In this document: piece by piece, positions 29,644 through 38,933 of the stretch
Numbering within the stretch: position 1 is the first letter of the stretch
Layout of the letters: each line of letters begins with the position of its first letter
Assembly (NCBI GenBank): GCA_902792005.1
Contig: CADAXW010000002.1
Coordinates: 6,292 to 70,291 of the forward strand
Direction of reading: 5' to 3'
DNA: 64,000 bases
Source: an uncultured Lachnospiraceae bacterium
GTDB lineage: Bacteria > Bacillota > Clostridia > Lachnospirales > Lachnospiraceae
Made by a program: the position numbers and the translations under genes
Notes under the pieces: generated by a model
What the model saw: only the letters and a program-made list of their open reading frames with translations
The model's database searches: none
Told to the model about the DNA's origin: nothing

Positions 29644-30409
29644 GTCCGGCCTCCTTTCCGGCTGCATCATCCGCAACCTCATTCTCGTCCGATGCTACAT
29701 TTTCCGTCACACCTTCCTGCTCTGAAAGCTCCGGTACGGGCTTCACGATGGCAGCAATGGCGGCTGCCACAACAGCTGCGATACTGATGGAGATACCGGG
29801 GGAAACCTTCTTCAGCACCGGGGCGTAGGTAAAAAGGATGCTGATGGCAGCGGCGATCCCCACAGCCAGAAGGATGTATTTATTGATCTTGGCCGGGGGT
29901 ACAACGATGGCGATAAACATGCCATAGATGGCAATCCCCAGGGCGCTCATGACAGCGGCGGGGAGAATCTCGCCCAGAGATGCACCCAGGGCGGTTCCCA
30001 GGGTCCAGCCCATCCAGGGCAGGGTGGCAAGTCCGAAGAAGAAGGACCTGGTCACGGTGCGCCTCGTCACAGCGACCGCAAAGATCTCATCTGTGATGAA
30101 GAAGCCGAGAAGCCACTTCCAGATACCCCGAAACTTCTTATCCAGGTTCTGTGACAGGGAAATGGACATAAAGGAATACCGGACATTTATGGTCAGCTGA
30201 GAGATCAGCATATCCAGATAAAGTCCGGGGGTACCCATCAGCTGTACGCCGGCAAACTGACCGGCGGAGGTAACGGTGGTGAAGGACACCAGCACTGCCT
30301 GCCAGGCGGACAGCCCGTACTTAACAGCTATGATTCCAAATGTAAATGATACGGACAGGTATCCCAAAGCGATTGGGATACCTGCCCGAAGTCCATACCT
30401 GTAATTCAT
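29633..30409 (-). CDS. azlC: AzlC-family branched-chain amino acid permease
   Basis: GIPIALGY, SAGQF, INVRY, ITDEIFA motifs. Confidence 0.9.
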   Translation of the reverse strand: MNYRYGLRAGIPIALGYLSVSFTFGIIAVKYGLSAWQAVLVSFTTVTSAGQFAGVQLMGTPGLYLDMLISQLTINVRYSFMSISLSQNLDKKFRGIWKWLLGFFITDEIFAVAVTRRTVTRSFFFGLATLPWMGWTLGTALGASLGEILPAAVMSALGIAIYGMFIAIVVPPAKINKYILLAVGIAAAISILFTYAPVLKKVSPGISISIAAVVAAAIAAIVKPVPELSEQEGVTENVASDENEVADDAAGKEAGHGA

Positions 30410-30427
30410 TCCTTTTTCCTTTAGGAC

Positions 30428-31522
30428 TTAATTCTCCAGTTTCATATCTCCGTCCTTGACCCAGCCAAGCTTCCGAAGTCCTTCATTGATCAGAAGGGCA
30501 AGCACTGCGGGAAGGATGAAGCATACAAGGACGAGACCGATCCAGTCAAATGCAGTGATGGCCTCCTTGGTACCGGCAGCCACATCATTGACCCAGCCGG
30601 TATAAACGCCGATCTGACCTACAAGACCGCAGGTACCCATACCGGAGGAAACCGGTGCGCCGTTCATTTTTAAATCAAAAATACAGGTGGCGATGGGACC
30701 TGTGATGGCAGATGCCAGTGTCGGTGCGATCCAGATCCGCGGGTTCTTAACGATGTTACCCATCTGAAGCATGGAGGTTCCGATTCCCTGGGAGATGACT
30801 CCGCCCCAGCGATTCTCCCGGAAGGAGATGACGGCGAAACCGATCATCTGCGCACTGCATCCGGCCACGGCAGCACCGCCGGCCAGTCCCACAAGTCCGA
30901 AGGACGCGCAGATAGCTGCGGAGGAAATGGGGAGTGTCAGTGCCATTCCGACAGAGACGGAGACAATGATACCCATGAAGAAGGGCTGAAGATCTGTAGC
31001 ATCCATGATGCGCTCGCCGATCCACATAGCACCGTTTCCGATGGGAGGTGCGATCAGCCAGGACAGGAAGATGCCGACTCCGATGGTTACAAGAGGCGTA
31101 ACCAGGATATCAATCTTTGTCTCCTTGGAAACCACTTTGCCAAGCTCTGCAGCAATGATGGCTATAACAAGGACCGCAAGAGGTCCGCCGGCACCACCCA
31201 GCGCATTTGCCGAGAAACCGACTGTAACCATGGAGAAGAGTACCAGGGGAGGACATTTCAGTGCGTAGCCAATGGCGACTGCCATGGCGGGACCACTCAT
31301 TGCACTTGCAAGTCCGCCTACGGTGTATTCTTTTCCTGCGATCGTAGCAACTACATTTGTAAGAAAACCAATCTCAAACTGCTTTCCGATGGTATCGATG
31401 ATGGTACCGATGAGGAGGGAGCAGAAGAGTCCCTGTGCCATGGCGCTGAGGGCGTCGATGCCGTAGCGCTTCAGGGAAATCTCGATGTCCTTACGTTTCA
31501 AAAACGCTTTGAACTTTTCCAT
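30428..31522 (-). CDS. Stand-alone PTS EIIC-like membrane protein
   Basis: ALSAMAQGLF, LPISSAAI, GIGTSMLQMGNI, GMGTCGLVG motifs; no IIA/IIB partner nearby. Confidence 0.8.
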   Translation of the reverse strand: MEKFKAFLKRKDIEISLKRYGIDALSAMAQGLFCSLLIGTIIDTIGKQFEIGFLTNVVATIAGKEYTVGGLASAMSGPAMAVAIGYALKCPPLVLFSMVTVGFSANALGGAGGPLAVLVIAIIAAELGKVVSKETKIDILVTPLVTIGVGIFLSWLIAPPIGNGAMWIGERIMDATDLQPFFMGIIVSVSVGMALTLPISSAAICASFGLVGLAGGAAVAGCSAQMIGFAVISFRENRWGGVISQGIGTSMLQMGNIVKNPRIWIAPTLASAITGPIATCIFDLKMNGAPVSSGMGTCGLVGQIGVYTGWVNDVAAGTKEAITAFDWIGLVLVCFILPAVLALLINEGLRKLGWVKDGDMKLEN

Positions 31523-31564
31523 TTGAATCTCCTTTACCTATGGTTTGAAAATAGTCCGGGAGAT

Positions 31565-31613
31565 ATAATAGCACATTCTTCCTGTTTGCACAAGAAAATC
31601 AATCGTGTATAAT
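31565..31613. promoter_or_regulatory. Overlapping divergent sigma-A promoters
   Basis: Plus: TTGCAC-16-TATAAT (31586-31613). Minus: TTGTGC-17-TATTAT (31593-31565). Both have TG extensions. Confidence 0.6.
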
Positions 31614-31682
31614 AAATAGGAGTGAATTGGAAGAAAGCTGCCGGAAATGTTCCGGCGAAATGACCCTGAAAGGAGAGCAGTG

Positions 31683-32126
31683 ATGCTGATCAATGTGACA
31701 GGCAGAGCCCATAATCAGTGGGGGAAGAAACAGCTTCAGGCAGCGGAGGGCTACGGAGAGATCCTGGATTTTCCCATGCCGGCGGTTGCAGCTTCCGCCT
31801 CAGAGGAGGATGTGGACCATATCGCAGCACTGATCGTGCGGCGGATCCTGCGGACGCTTGGGATGGAAAAGAGGTCGGTTTCTGAGACAGAGGCTTCTCG
31901 GGACGGGGGATCCGAGGACGGGGTATCTGAGGAGGAGCTTTCCGGGCATCTGATCCTGTGCCAGGGAGATTTCACCCTGGTCTACCGGGTCGTGGCGGCG
32001 CTGAAGGAAAGAGGACTTCGGGTGGCATCGCCCACCTACGAACGGGTGACGAAGCCGACGCTAAAGCCCGACGGGACAACCGTCCCGGGCTACAGCTTTG
32101 AATTTGTAAAGTTTCGGGAATACTAA
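31683..32126 (+). CDS. Orphan homologue of a small CRISPR-associated protein family (ring-nuclease-like)
   Basis: LIN.T....QW...QLQAAE.YGEILDFPMP, LCQGDFTLVYRVV..L...G, FEFVKFREY; AAGGAG RBS. Confidence 0.6.
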   Translation: MLINVTGRAHNQWGKKQLQAAEGYGEILDFPMPAVAASASEEDVDHIAALIVRRILRTLGMEKRSVSETEASRDGGSEDGVSEEELSGHLILCQGDFTLVYRVVAALKERGLRVASPTYERVTKPTLKPDGTTVPGYSFEFVKFREY

Positions 32127-32180
32127 ACAGTCGTATTAAGTGATCATGTATATTATTGAATAGGAAGGGAGATTTTAGGT

Positions 32181-32405
32181 ATGAATCCATTGGAAATGAT
32201 GTCGTTTGGCAGTAAGCTGGAGCGGTTTGGACAGCAGCATCCGAAGGTGGTGGCTTTTCTTAAGGAGAACCATCAGGAGTTCCGTCAGGGCTCTGTGCTG
32301 GAGATCCGGATCACAACACCGGAAGGGAAAAATGTAGTAACCAACATGCGTATGACCGCTGAGGATGAAGAGATCGTGGATGCAATCAAACGAATGAAGG
32401 GCTGA
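32181..32405 (+). CDS. Small hypothetical protein
   Basis: 74 aa ORF with a GGGAG-type RBS, followed by a terminator. Confidence 0.7.
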   Translation: MNPLEMMSFGSKLERFGQQHPKVVAFLKENHQEFRQGSVLEIRITTPEGKNVVTNMRMTAEDEEIVDAIKRMKG

Positions 32406-32490
32406 TGCCGGGTTGATGCCCTGGTTGATGCTCAGGGTAGGATGAAGGGTTGATGCCCCGGTTTGTTGCGGGCAGAATCACCAAGAAATG

Positions 32491-32517
32491 AGAGAGCGCT
32501 TTGTGCGCTCTCTTTTG
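32491..32517 (+). terminator. Rho-independent terminator
   Basis: AGAGAGCGC-TTTGT-GCGCTCTCT-TTT. Confidence 0.7.
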
Positions 32518-32729
32518 TTATGTAAAGAAAAAGGGAGAGATATCCACAGGTAAGAGATCCCGGGTGGTGGGAAAACGGTGGGCAAGCTGTTCTTAAGTGA
32601 GAATGAATGTGGATACACATAAACATGCAAAAATCAACGAAAAGACGCGCAACAAACTCTATATAGATAGAGGTTTACGATGGGGCCGGGGAGTGCTACA
32701 TTTATGTCACAGCGAAGGGGGTGACGAAC

Positions 32730-33656
32730 ATGCAGACCTGTAAGATCGGAATCTGCAGCAGAGATCCGGAGTATGGTGCCAGTCTTATGATGGCCCTGAA
32801 AAGGATCTCCGGCGGCAGGATCGAGGCTATGGTTTTCAGCAGTCCGGAGGTGATGACAGTCTGCCTGGCAGTGCAGGAGACAGAGCTTCTGGTGCTGGAT
32901 GGCTGGAAGAAGGATACTCTGGGAAGTGAGTTCTCGGAGACCGGGATCCCGGTGTGCATGCTTACGGAGCAGCCCTCGGACCAGGGCATTTACAAGTATC
33001 AGTCTGCCAGGGATATCTGCAAAGCACTCCTCGGTGTGCTGCAAAAGGAAAGAAGTGTCAGTTCCCAGCCTTCCGGCTGTCTCGCAGTTTTCTCACCGCT
33101 GGGTCGATGTGGTAAAACGGCGCTGGCGCGCGCCCTGCTTCAGGCAGATACAGATCAGGAAGGGCTTTACATCGGGATGGAGGCATACCCGGACCGACTG
33201 GTCCATTCGGAAGTGCTCTATCTGGTGAAGCAGCGTTCCCCGGATTTATATGAAGCAGTTTTGCGCGAGCAGACTTCAGAGGAGGGATACAGATCCCTCT
33301 ATGTGTCTGGCATATTCTCCGAGCTTCAGGATGTTCAGCGAGGAGACCTGGAGTGGTTTCGCGATCAGCTGCTTCAGCCGGGGCGGTGCAGGACTCTGAT
33401 CTTTGATCTGAACGGCGCATCCCTTTCGGACCTGTCGATGTTAAACGTGTTTGACACGATCTATATGCCGGTGCTCCCGGACCCGGTTTCCCAGGCGAAG
33501 ATCCGGACTATGAGAAGCATATTCCGTGAACGGAAGCTGGTTGATGTGCTGCGAAGAATGTGCCCTGTAGAGATAACGGAGGATGTTTTGCGGAGCAATG
33601 ATCCGGACAGGATTCGGAGGTGTTTATTTGGAACAGGAACGGCGGGAGAGGCTTAA
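32730..33656 (+). CDS. TadZ/CpaE-like protein (pseudo-receiver plus deviant P-loop)
   Basis: N-terminal receiver-like segment; FSPLGRCGKT; first gene of the Tad operon. Confidence 0.7.
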   Translation: MQTCKIGICSRDPEYGASLMMALKRISGGRIEAMVFSSPEVMTVCLAVQETELLVLDGWKKDTLGSEFSETGIPVCMLTEQPSDQGIYKYQSARDICKALLGVLQKERSVSSQPSGCLAVFSPLGRCGKTALARALLQADTDQEGLYIGMEAYPDRLVHSEVLYLVKQRSPDLYEAVLREQTSEEGYRSLYVSGIFSELQDVQRGDLEWFRDQLLQPGRCRTLIFDLNGASLSDLSMLNVFDTIYMPVLPDPVSQAKIRTMRSIFRERKLVDVLRRMCPVEITEDVLRSNDPDRIRRCLFGTGTAGEA

Positions 33657-34917
33657 AGAGAAGGTCCTGCAGGAGCTTCGTATGACGGAGGAACTGAAGG
33701 ATGATGAGGTGGGACAGGTGATCGACCGGGTCATCCTGGAGGAATCCGAGCAGGAGTACATCCCGCTGTCGGAGAAGCTGGAGCTGAGACGGGCTCTCTT
33801 TCATTCTATCCGGGGACTGGATGTGCTGTCGGATTTCCTGGAGGATCCTTCCATAACGGAGATCATGGTAAATGGTACGGATCCCATCTTTGTAGAACGG
33901 GACGGCAGACTGATCCGCACGGATAAAGCCTTTGAAAGCGAGGACCGGCTGTTGAATGTGATAAGTCAGATGGTATCCCAGGCGAATCGGAGTGTGAGCG
34001 AGACATGTCCCATCGCCGATGCCATTCTGAATGACGGCTCCAGGCTGAATGTTGTGCTGAGTACCATCTCCAGAGGAGGACACGCGGTCACGGTAAGGAA
34101 GTTCCCGGACCGGGCCTTTCATATGGAGGACCTGGTCCGCATGGGAAGTCTGGAGCAGGAAGCGGCGGAGCTGCTGCTGATGCTTGTCAGGGCCAAGTAT
34201 AACATTTTCGTCTCCGGAGGCACCGGCTCGGGAAAAACTACATTTTTAAATGCGCTCGCAGAGGCGATCCCCGGGGATGAACGTGTCATAACCATAGAGG
34301 ATGTGGCCGAACTCTCACTTCAAGGGCCCCAAAATGTGGTGCGTCTCGAGGCGCGGAATGCGAATACGGAGGGAAAGAATCAGATCGATATTCGGGAGCT
34401 GGTGAGGACCAGTCTCAGAATGCGACCGGACAGAATTATTGTGGGCGAGGTGCGGGATGCAGCGGCGGCAGATATGCTCACCGCGATGCTGACCGGGCAT
34501 GAGGGCAGCCTTTCCACGGGACATGCGAATTCCGTCAGCGACATGCTGCTCAGACTGGAGACCATGGTTCTGTCTGCAGAGGAGATCCCGCTGGCTGCGA
34601 TCCGGAGGAAGATCGCTTCGGCGCTGGATATCATTGTGCATCTGGGACGGCTGAGAGATAAAAGCAGAAGAGTACTGGAGATTACAGAGATCATGGGTTA
34701 TGAGGGGGATGAGATCGTGCTGAATCCTTTGTTTCAATTTGAGGACGCAGGTGATGCAGGCGGAAAAGTTGAGGGGCGGCTGGTCCGGGTGAACCGGCTG
34801 TACCATGTGGAGAAGCTTTGTATGGCAGGATGTATGGATGCATACAGGATCCTGTCCGAGGTTGGAGAAACGGACACGGCAGGGGTCTATGCACTGGCGA
34901 AAAAGGGGGAAGCGTGA
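33628..34917 (+). CDS. tadA: Tad pilus assembly ATPase TadA/CpaF
   Basis: ITEIMVNG, GGTGSGKTT, TIEDVAEL, LRMRPDRIIVGEVR, STGHANS; TTG start after GGAGG. Confidence 0.95.
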   Translation: MEQERRERLKEKVLQELRMTEELKDDEVGQVIDRVILEESEQEYIPLSEKLELRRALFHSIRGLDVLSDFLEDPSITEIMVNGTDPIFVERDGRLIRTDKAFESEDRLLNVISQMVSQANRSVSETCPIADAILNDGSRLNVVLSTISRGGHAVTVRKFPDRAFHMEDLVRMGSLEQEAAELLLMLVRAKYNIFVSGGTGSGKTTFLNALAEAIPGDERVITIEDVAELSLQGPQNVVRLEARNANTEGKNQIDIRELVRTSLRMRPDRIIVGEVRDAAAADMLTAMLTGHEGSLSTGHANSVSDMLLRLETMVLSAEEIPLAAIRRKIASALDIIVHLGRLRDKSRRVLEITEIMGYEGDEIVLNPLFQFEDAGDAGGKVEGRLVRVNRLYHVEKLCMAGCMDAYRILSEVGETDTAGVYALAKKGEA

Positions 34918-34918
34918 T

Positions 34919-35683
34919 GTGTTGAAGAGTGAGAGGCAAAAAACTGCAGCAGTCAGAAAAAGAAGACTTCCCTCGGCGGCTACATTTCCGGCAGTGGCAG
35001 TCGGGACCGTGTTCATCGCCTGGCTTTTCTATGGGAAGCTGGCGGGACTGATTCCGGCGGCCGTTGCAGGACTCTATATCGGAGTTGTTGTGGACCGCTC
35101 CGCCGCTAAAAGGAGGCAGAGAAAACGGAGAGAAAACTTCAGACGCCTTCTGCTTTCTCTGGAAACAGCACTGGAAGCAGGATACTCTCTGGAAAATGCG
35201 CTGGGGATCGCAGAGGGGGATATGAATCTGATCTACAATCCCAAGGACGAGATCTGCCGGAAGGTCATGGAGCTTCGACAGAAGCTGCAGATTGGGACTC
35301 CGGTATGGAAAGCGTTTCAGGAATATGCGGTCTGTGTGGAGATTGAGGAGGCAGAGGAGTTCGCAGAGGTCCTCCGGATCCAGCAAAGGACGGGAGGGGA
35401 TCTGATACGGACGATTCGGAAGGCAGCGGAACGTCTGCAGCAATCTCTGGCGCTTCAGCAGGAGATCGAGACCACACTTTCTGAGAAGCAGCTGGAGCAG
35501 AGGATCATGACGCTGATGCCCTCCATCATGCTCCTCTATATGCGTCTGATGAATGGTGCATATCTGGCACCGCTCTATGCAGGGCTTGGCGGGGCGGTCA
35601 TCATGACGGTTGCGCTGGCTGCAAATATCGGGGCGGATGTGCTGGCGGATCGGCTTCTTCGAAAGGCGCTGGGAGGAGGATAG
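34919..35683 (+). CDS. tadB: TadB-like (T2SS F family) platform protein
   Basis: LEAGYSLENA, RTGGDL, C-terminal TM pair; follows tadA. Start codon approximate. Confidence 0.85.
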   Translation: MLKSERQKTAAVRKRRLPSAATFPAVAVGTVFIAWLFYGKLAGLIPAAVAGLYIGVVVDRSAAKRRQRKRRENFRRLLLSLETALEAGYSLENALGIAEGDMNLIYNPKDEICRKVMELRQKLQIGTPVWKAFQEYAVCVEIEEAEEFAEVLRIQQRTGGDLIRTIRKAAERLQQSLALQQEIETTLSEKQLEQRIMTLMPSIMLLYMRLMNGAYLAPLYAGLGGAVIMTVALAANIGADVLADRLLRKALGGG

Positions 35684-35713
35684 AGGAGAATCGAGGAGGA
35701 TATATGAGAATAA

Positions 35714-37063
35714 ATGAAGCTGGTAGGATTTTTACTTGTTCTTTTACCTGTGATCGCAGTACTGGCGATCCTTGGGAAAAGACAGATCAGTCATAATAAA
35801 GATGGGTCATGGCTTGTACCGAAGCTTGCCGGACGTTTGCAAAAACTGGAGGTACTGTATGGCAGAGCGCTGGAAGATGCGACTGGACAGTATATGGAGC
35901 AAAGGTTTCGACATTTCATGGCTGGACTGGGGATTCTTTGGATCCTCGGCGTGGGAATCCTCTTACTCCCCGCCGGTGATCAGGATTCCGGACAGATCCG
36001 GCGCCCGGAGGCAGGAGAGGATGCCACCGGCATCTCGGTACAATTAACAGACGGAGAGCAGACCACAGAGTTTACGCTTGAAGTCGAAGCCAGAAGCATG
36101 ACGAAAGCGGAGTTTACAGATGCCGTAAATGATGCAGTCAAAATGCTTGAGACAGAGATCCCGGGTCGGAACCGGTCACTGGACTATGTTACGGAGGACT
36201 TATCCTTTCCGGACAGGGACAGTACGGGGAGACTGGAGATCTCATGGGATACGGATGACCTGGCGGTGATCGGCCGGAACGGAACTGTACGGCGGGATGA
36301 GCTGGAAAAAGCGTGTGAAGTAACGATAACAGCGAAGCTCGGTGACGGGATCCGGACGGAGGAAGCATCTTTCCGGGCAAAGGTAATTCCCAAAACAGAA
36401 ACGGAAACAGCCATAGAGAAGGCACTTCGGACCCTGTCCCAGATGGAGGAATCCGGAAGGAAGGAGGCAGTGTTCCAGCTGCCGGAGCAGGTGGAGGGTG
36501 TTGCCGTGAAGGAGCAGAAGATCAGTGGGCGAGAGATGATTTGCAAGGTCTATCCCATTCTTATTCTGGCGGCGGGAGCAGTCTTTCTACTGCATGAGTC
36601 AAAAGAAAAAGAAAAACTCAAGGGAAGAGAAGAACGCCTCAGTGCTGTATTCTACCGTTTCGTAAAGCGACTGACCCTGCTGCTGGGGGCAGGTGAGTCT
36701 CTGCAGGACTCCCTGCTTACGGCAGCGGCTGTGGAGGAACGGTTCCTGACCAGGGAGGTTCTATATGCCGTAAACCGCATTCGTACCGGTACGGCGGAAT
36801 CAAAGGCATATGCGGAACTGGGAAGGGGCCTTGGGCTGCAATCCTACGTGCGGCTCTTTTCAACCATAAGCACGGCTGCGCCCAGAGGCAGCAGTCAGTT
36901 GTTGAATCTTCTGGAGCAGGAGGTAAAGGATGCCGAGGCGGAGGCAAAGGAAACCGCCAGACGACGTGGTGAACAGGCTTCACAGAAGCTGCTGCTTCCC
37001 ATGTTTTTGTTACTGATCGTTGTGATCGGGATTGTTCTCTATCCGGCCATCGCCGGTATGTGA
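35714..37063 (+). CDS. tadC: TadC-like platform protein with extracellular Ig-like insertion
   Basis: C-terminal T2SS-F domain (LLLGAGES...GEQASQKLLLPM); beta-rich insert between TM helices. Confidence 0.8.
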   Translation: MKLVGFLLVLLPVIAVLAILGKRQISHNKDGSWLVPKLAGRLQKLEVLYGRALEDATGQYMEQRFRHFMAGLGILWILGVGILLLPAGDQDSGQIRRPEAGEDATGISVQLTDGEQTTEFTLEVEARSMTKAEFTDAVNDAVKMLETEIPGRNRSLDYVTEDLSFPDRDSTGRLEISWDTDDLAVIGRNGTVRRDELEKACEVTITAKLGDGIRTEEASFRAKVIPKTETETAIEKALRTLSQMEESGRKEAVFQLPEQVEGVAVKEQKISGREMICKVYPILILAAGAVFLLHESKEKEKLKGREERLSAVFYRFVKRLTLLLGAGESLQDSLLTAAAVEERFLTREVLYAVNRIRTGTAESKAYAELGRGLGLQSYVRLFSTISTAAPRGSSQLLNLLEQEVKDAEAEAKETARRRGEQASQKLLLPMFLLLIVVIGIVLYPAIAGM

Positions 37064-37081
37064 CCTGAAAGGAGAGGCTGA

Positions 37082-37291
37082 ATGGAAGAGAAAAAAGAAA
37101 ACACGGAAATAGAAAAAAGCATTAAATCTAAAGATTTTCTTGGAAATGATAAAGGAGTTGCAGTCGTGGAGGTGATCCTCATCCTTGTGGTGCTGATCGC
37201 CCTTGTGATCATCTTCCGGGATCAGATCGTAGCGCTTGCTACTTCGATCTGGAAGAATATAAACGGAGACGCGAAGGATATTTTGAATTGA
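37082..37291 (+). CDS. flp: Flp1-family type IVb pilin
   Basis: Class III signal G|VAVVE with E+5 and a hydrophobic helix; 69 aa. Confidence 0.88.
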   Translation: MEEKKENTEIEKSIKSKDFLGNDKGVAVVEVILILVVLIALVIIFRDQIVALATSIWKNINGDAKDILN

Positions 37292-37344
37292 TCACACACC
37301 GCTCGCGGGGAGCGGTACATTTTCAAGGAGGTGAAGGAGAGCAT

Positions 37345-38745
37345 ATGGATGATCGCGGATATGTGACGGTGTTTCTCACCCTGATCCTGAGCGTTCTGTT
37401 GATGCTGGTGGCTGCAGTGTATCAGCTGGTGGATCTTTCCTGTGCGAGGGGGAGGTCTGCTGCAGCGCTGCGAAGTGCGATGTCCGGTGTTCGGGCGGAT
37501 TACGACCGGTATCTTTTTGAACAGTACCATGTGCTCTTTCTGAACCAGGATCAGAACGGAGAAGGTCAGGGCGGACTGGAGGAAAGAGTCCAGTGCAGAC
37601 TGGAGGATAATCTGGGGGAGGAATACGTTGTACGGGATGTGATCCTGAACGGGGTTGTCGGTGTCACAGATGATAACTGTGCCGAGTTCCGCCGGCAGGT
37701 GAAGGACGCGTCGCTCTATCTGGCTGCGGATAAGGGCGTGGATGTTCTGAAGGAGAAGGTGAATGGCAAGGATGAGGTCCTATCCAAGGAGGATATGGAT
37801 CAGCTGAACATGGAAAAGGATAAAAAGACCAAGAAGCAAAAGGGTGATGAGGATCCAAGAAAATATACAAAGGCCGTGGACCTGGTGGGCGTCGCTTACT
37901 GGATCCTTCCCGAAAATGTGTCCTTCAGCGATTATACCATAGATGCTTCCACGCTCCCGTCTGAGGGGAAGTCAGGAAAGAAGGCGCTTTCTGTCAATGC
38001 GAAGTTCAACAGCATGACACGTCTCAAGACAGAGGCGGCACAAAGTGGCGGATGGCTGGAGAGCGCGGAGGAGGAGGCAGCAGGACTTGGTTATGCGGCA
38101 AGCTGTTTTAACTGTCTTACGGACAGGGTTCAGGAAGATACGGAGATGAATATGGAGCTGGAATATCTGATCGCCGGGAAAAGCACGGATGCCGAGAATT
38201 ATAAGTCGGTCATAGATCAGATCACTGCGATCCGAACGGTCTGCAATTTCGCATACATCATACGGGATGCATCTAAAATGGCACGTCTCTCGGCGCTGGC
38301 ATGGTCGGTTACCTGGTATTTTCCTCCGGCACAGCCGGCAGTGAAATATCTTCTTGCAGCAGCATGGTCGTACACGGAGGCGGTTGCCGATGCCTATCGT
38401 CTGGTGCGGGGTAAGAAGGTACCGTATATGAAGACGGCGGATACCTGGCTGACAGATCTGGATGGACTTACGCATCTGGAGGATGTTATGGGAGATGAGG
38501 AAGAGGAGGATAAGAAGGGAGCCTCAGGACTGGATTATGAGGACTACCTGCTGATCCTTCTGGCACCACGCATGAGCACCGGCTATTACCGGATGCTGGA
38601 TATCATGCAGCTGAACGCGACTAAAAAAGCGGGTGGTGAAAAGGAGTATTTCAATCTGAAGAATGCCATCACTGCCTTCGGGATCACAACGGAAGTGGAG
38701 TATGAAGGCCAGGTGATACGCGTCCGGGAGGAGTTGGGTTACTAG
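37345..38745 (+). CDS. DUF5702/TadG-like minor pilin
   Basis: RG|YVTVF prepilin-like N-terminus; ELEYLIAGK.TD..N and LDYEDYL motifs. Confidence 0.8.
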   Translation: MDDRGYVTVFLTLILSVLLMLVAAVYQLVDLSCARGRSAAALRSAMSGVRADYDRYLFEQYHVLFLNQDQNGEGQGGLEERVQCRLEDNLGEEYVVRDVILNGVVGVTDDNCAEFRRQVKDASLYLAADKGVDVLKEKVNGKDEVLSKEDMDQLNMEKDKKTKKQKGDEDPRKYTKAVDLVGVAYWILPENVSFSDYTIDASTLPSEGKSGKKALSVNAKFNSMTRLKTEAAQSGGWLESAEEEAAGLGYAASCFNCLTDRVQEDTEMNMELEYLIAGKSTDAENYKSVIDQITAIRTVCNFAYIIRDASKMARLSALAWSVTWYFPPAQPAVKYLLAAAWSYTEAVADAYRLVRGKKVPYMKTADTWLTDLDGLTHLEDVMGDEEEEDKKGASGLDYEDYLLILLAPRMSTGYYRMLDIMQLNATKKAGGEKEYFNLKNAITAFGITTEVEYEGQVIRVREELGY

Positions 38746-38781
38746 AACGGCGTCATCTGGGGGTGTGCGGAGGAGATCACG

Positions 38782-38878
38782 AATGAACTTCGGAGAGTGC
38801 ATTTTCGTAAAAAAACGATATCACGAAAAGGCCTCTTCGGGAGTCATAACAGGGGAAATGCACTCTCCGGGGTTCATT
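38782..38878 (+). other. Long intra-operon stem-loop (24-bp arms)
   Basis: AATGAACTTCGGAGAGTGCATTTT / GAAATGCACTCTCCGGGGTTCATT; all three mismatches are G-U on the + strand. Confidence 0.7.
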
Positions 38879-38933
38879 GGTTGAATGGGCGAATCCCACT
38901 CCGTTCTTTGGCTGGGGCAGGAGGAAGACGGAC

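Noticed and set aside
31627-31683. Possible 18-aa leader peptide (TTG start) whose stop overlaps the next ATG
   Set aside because: The downstream gene has its own RBS, and the peptide has no attenuator-like codon signature.
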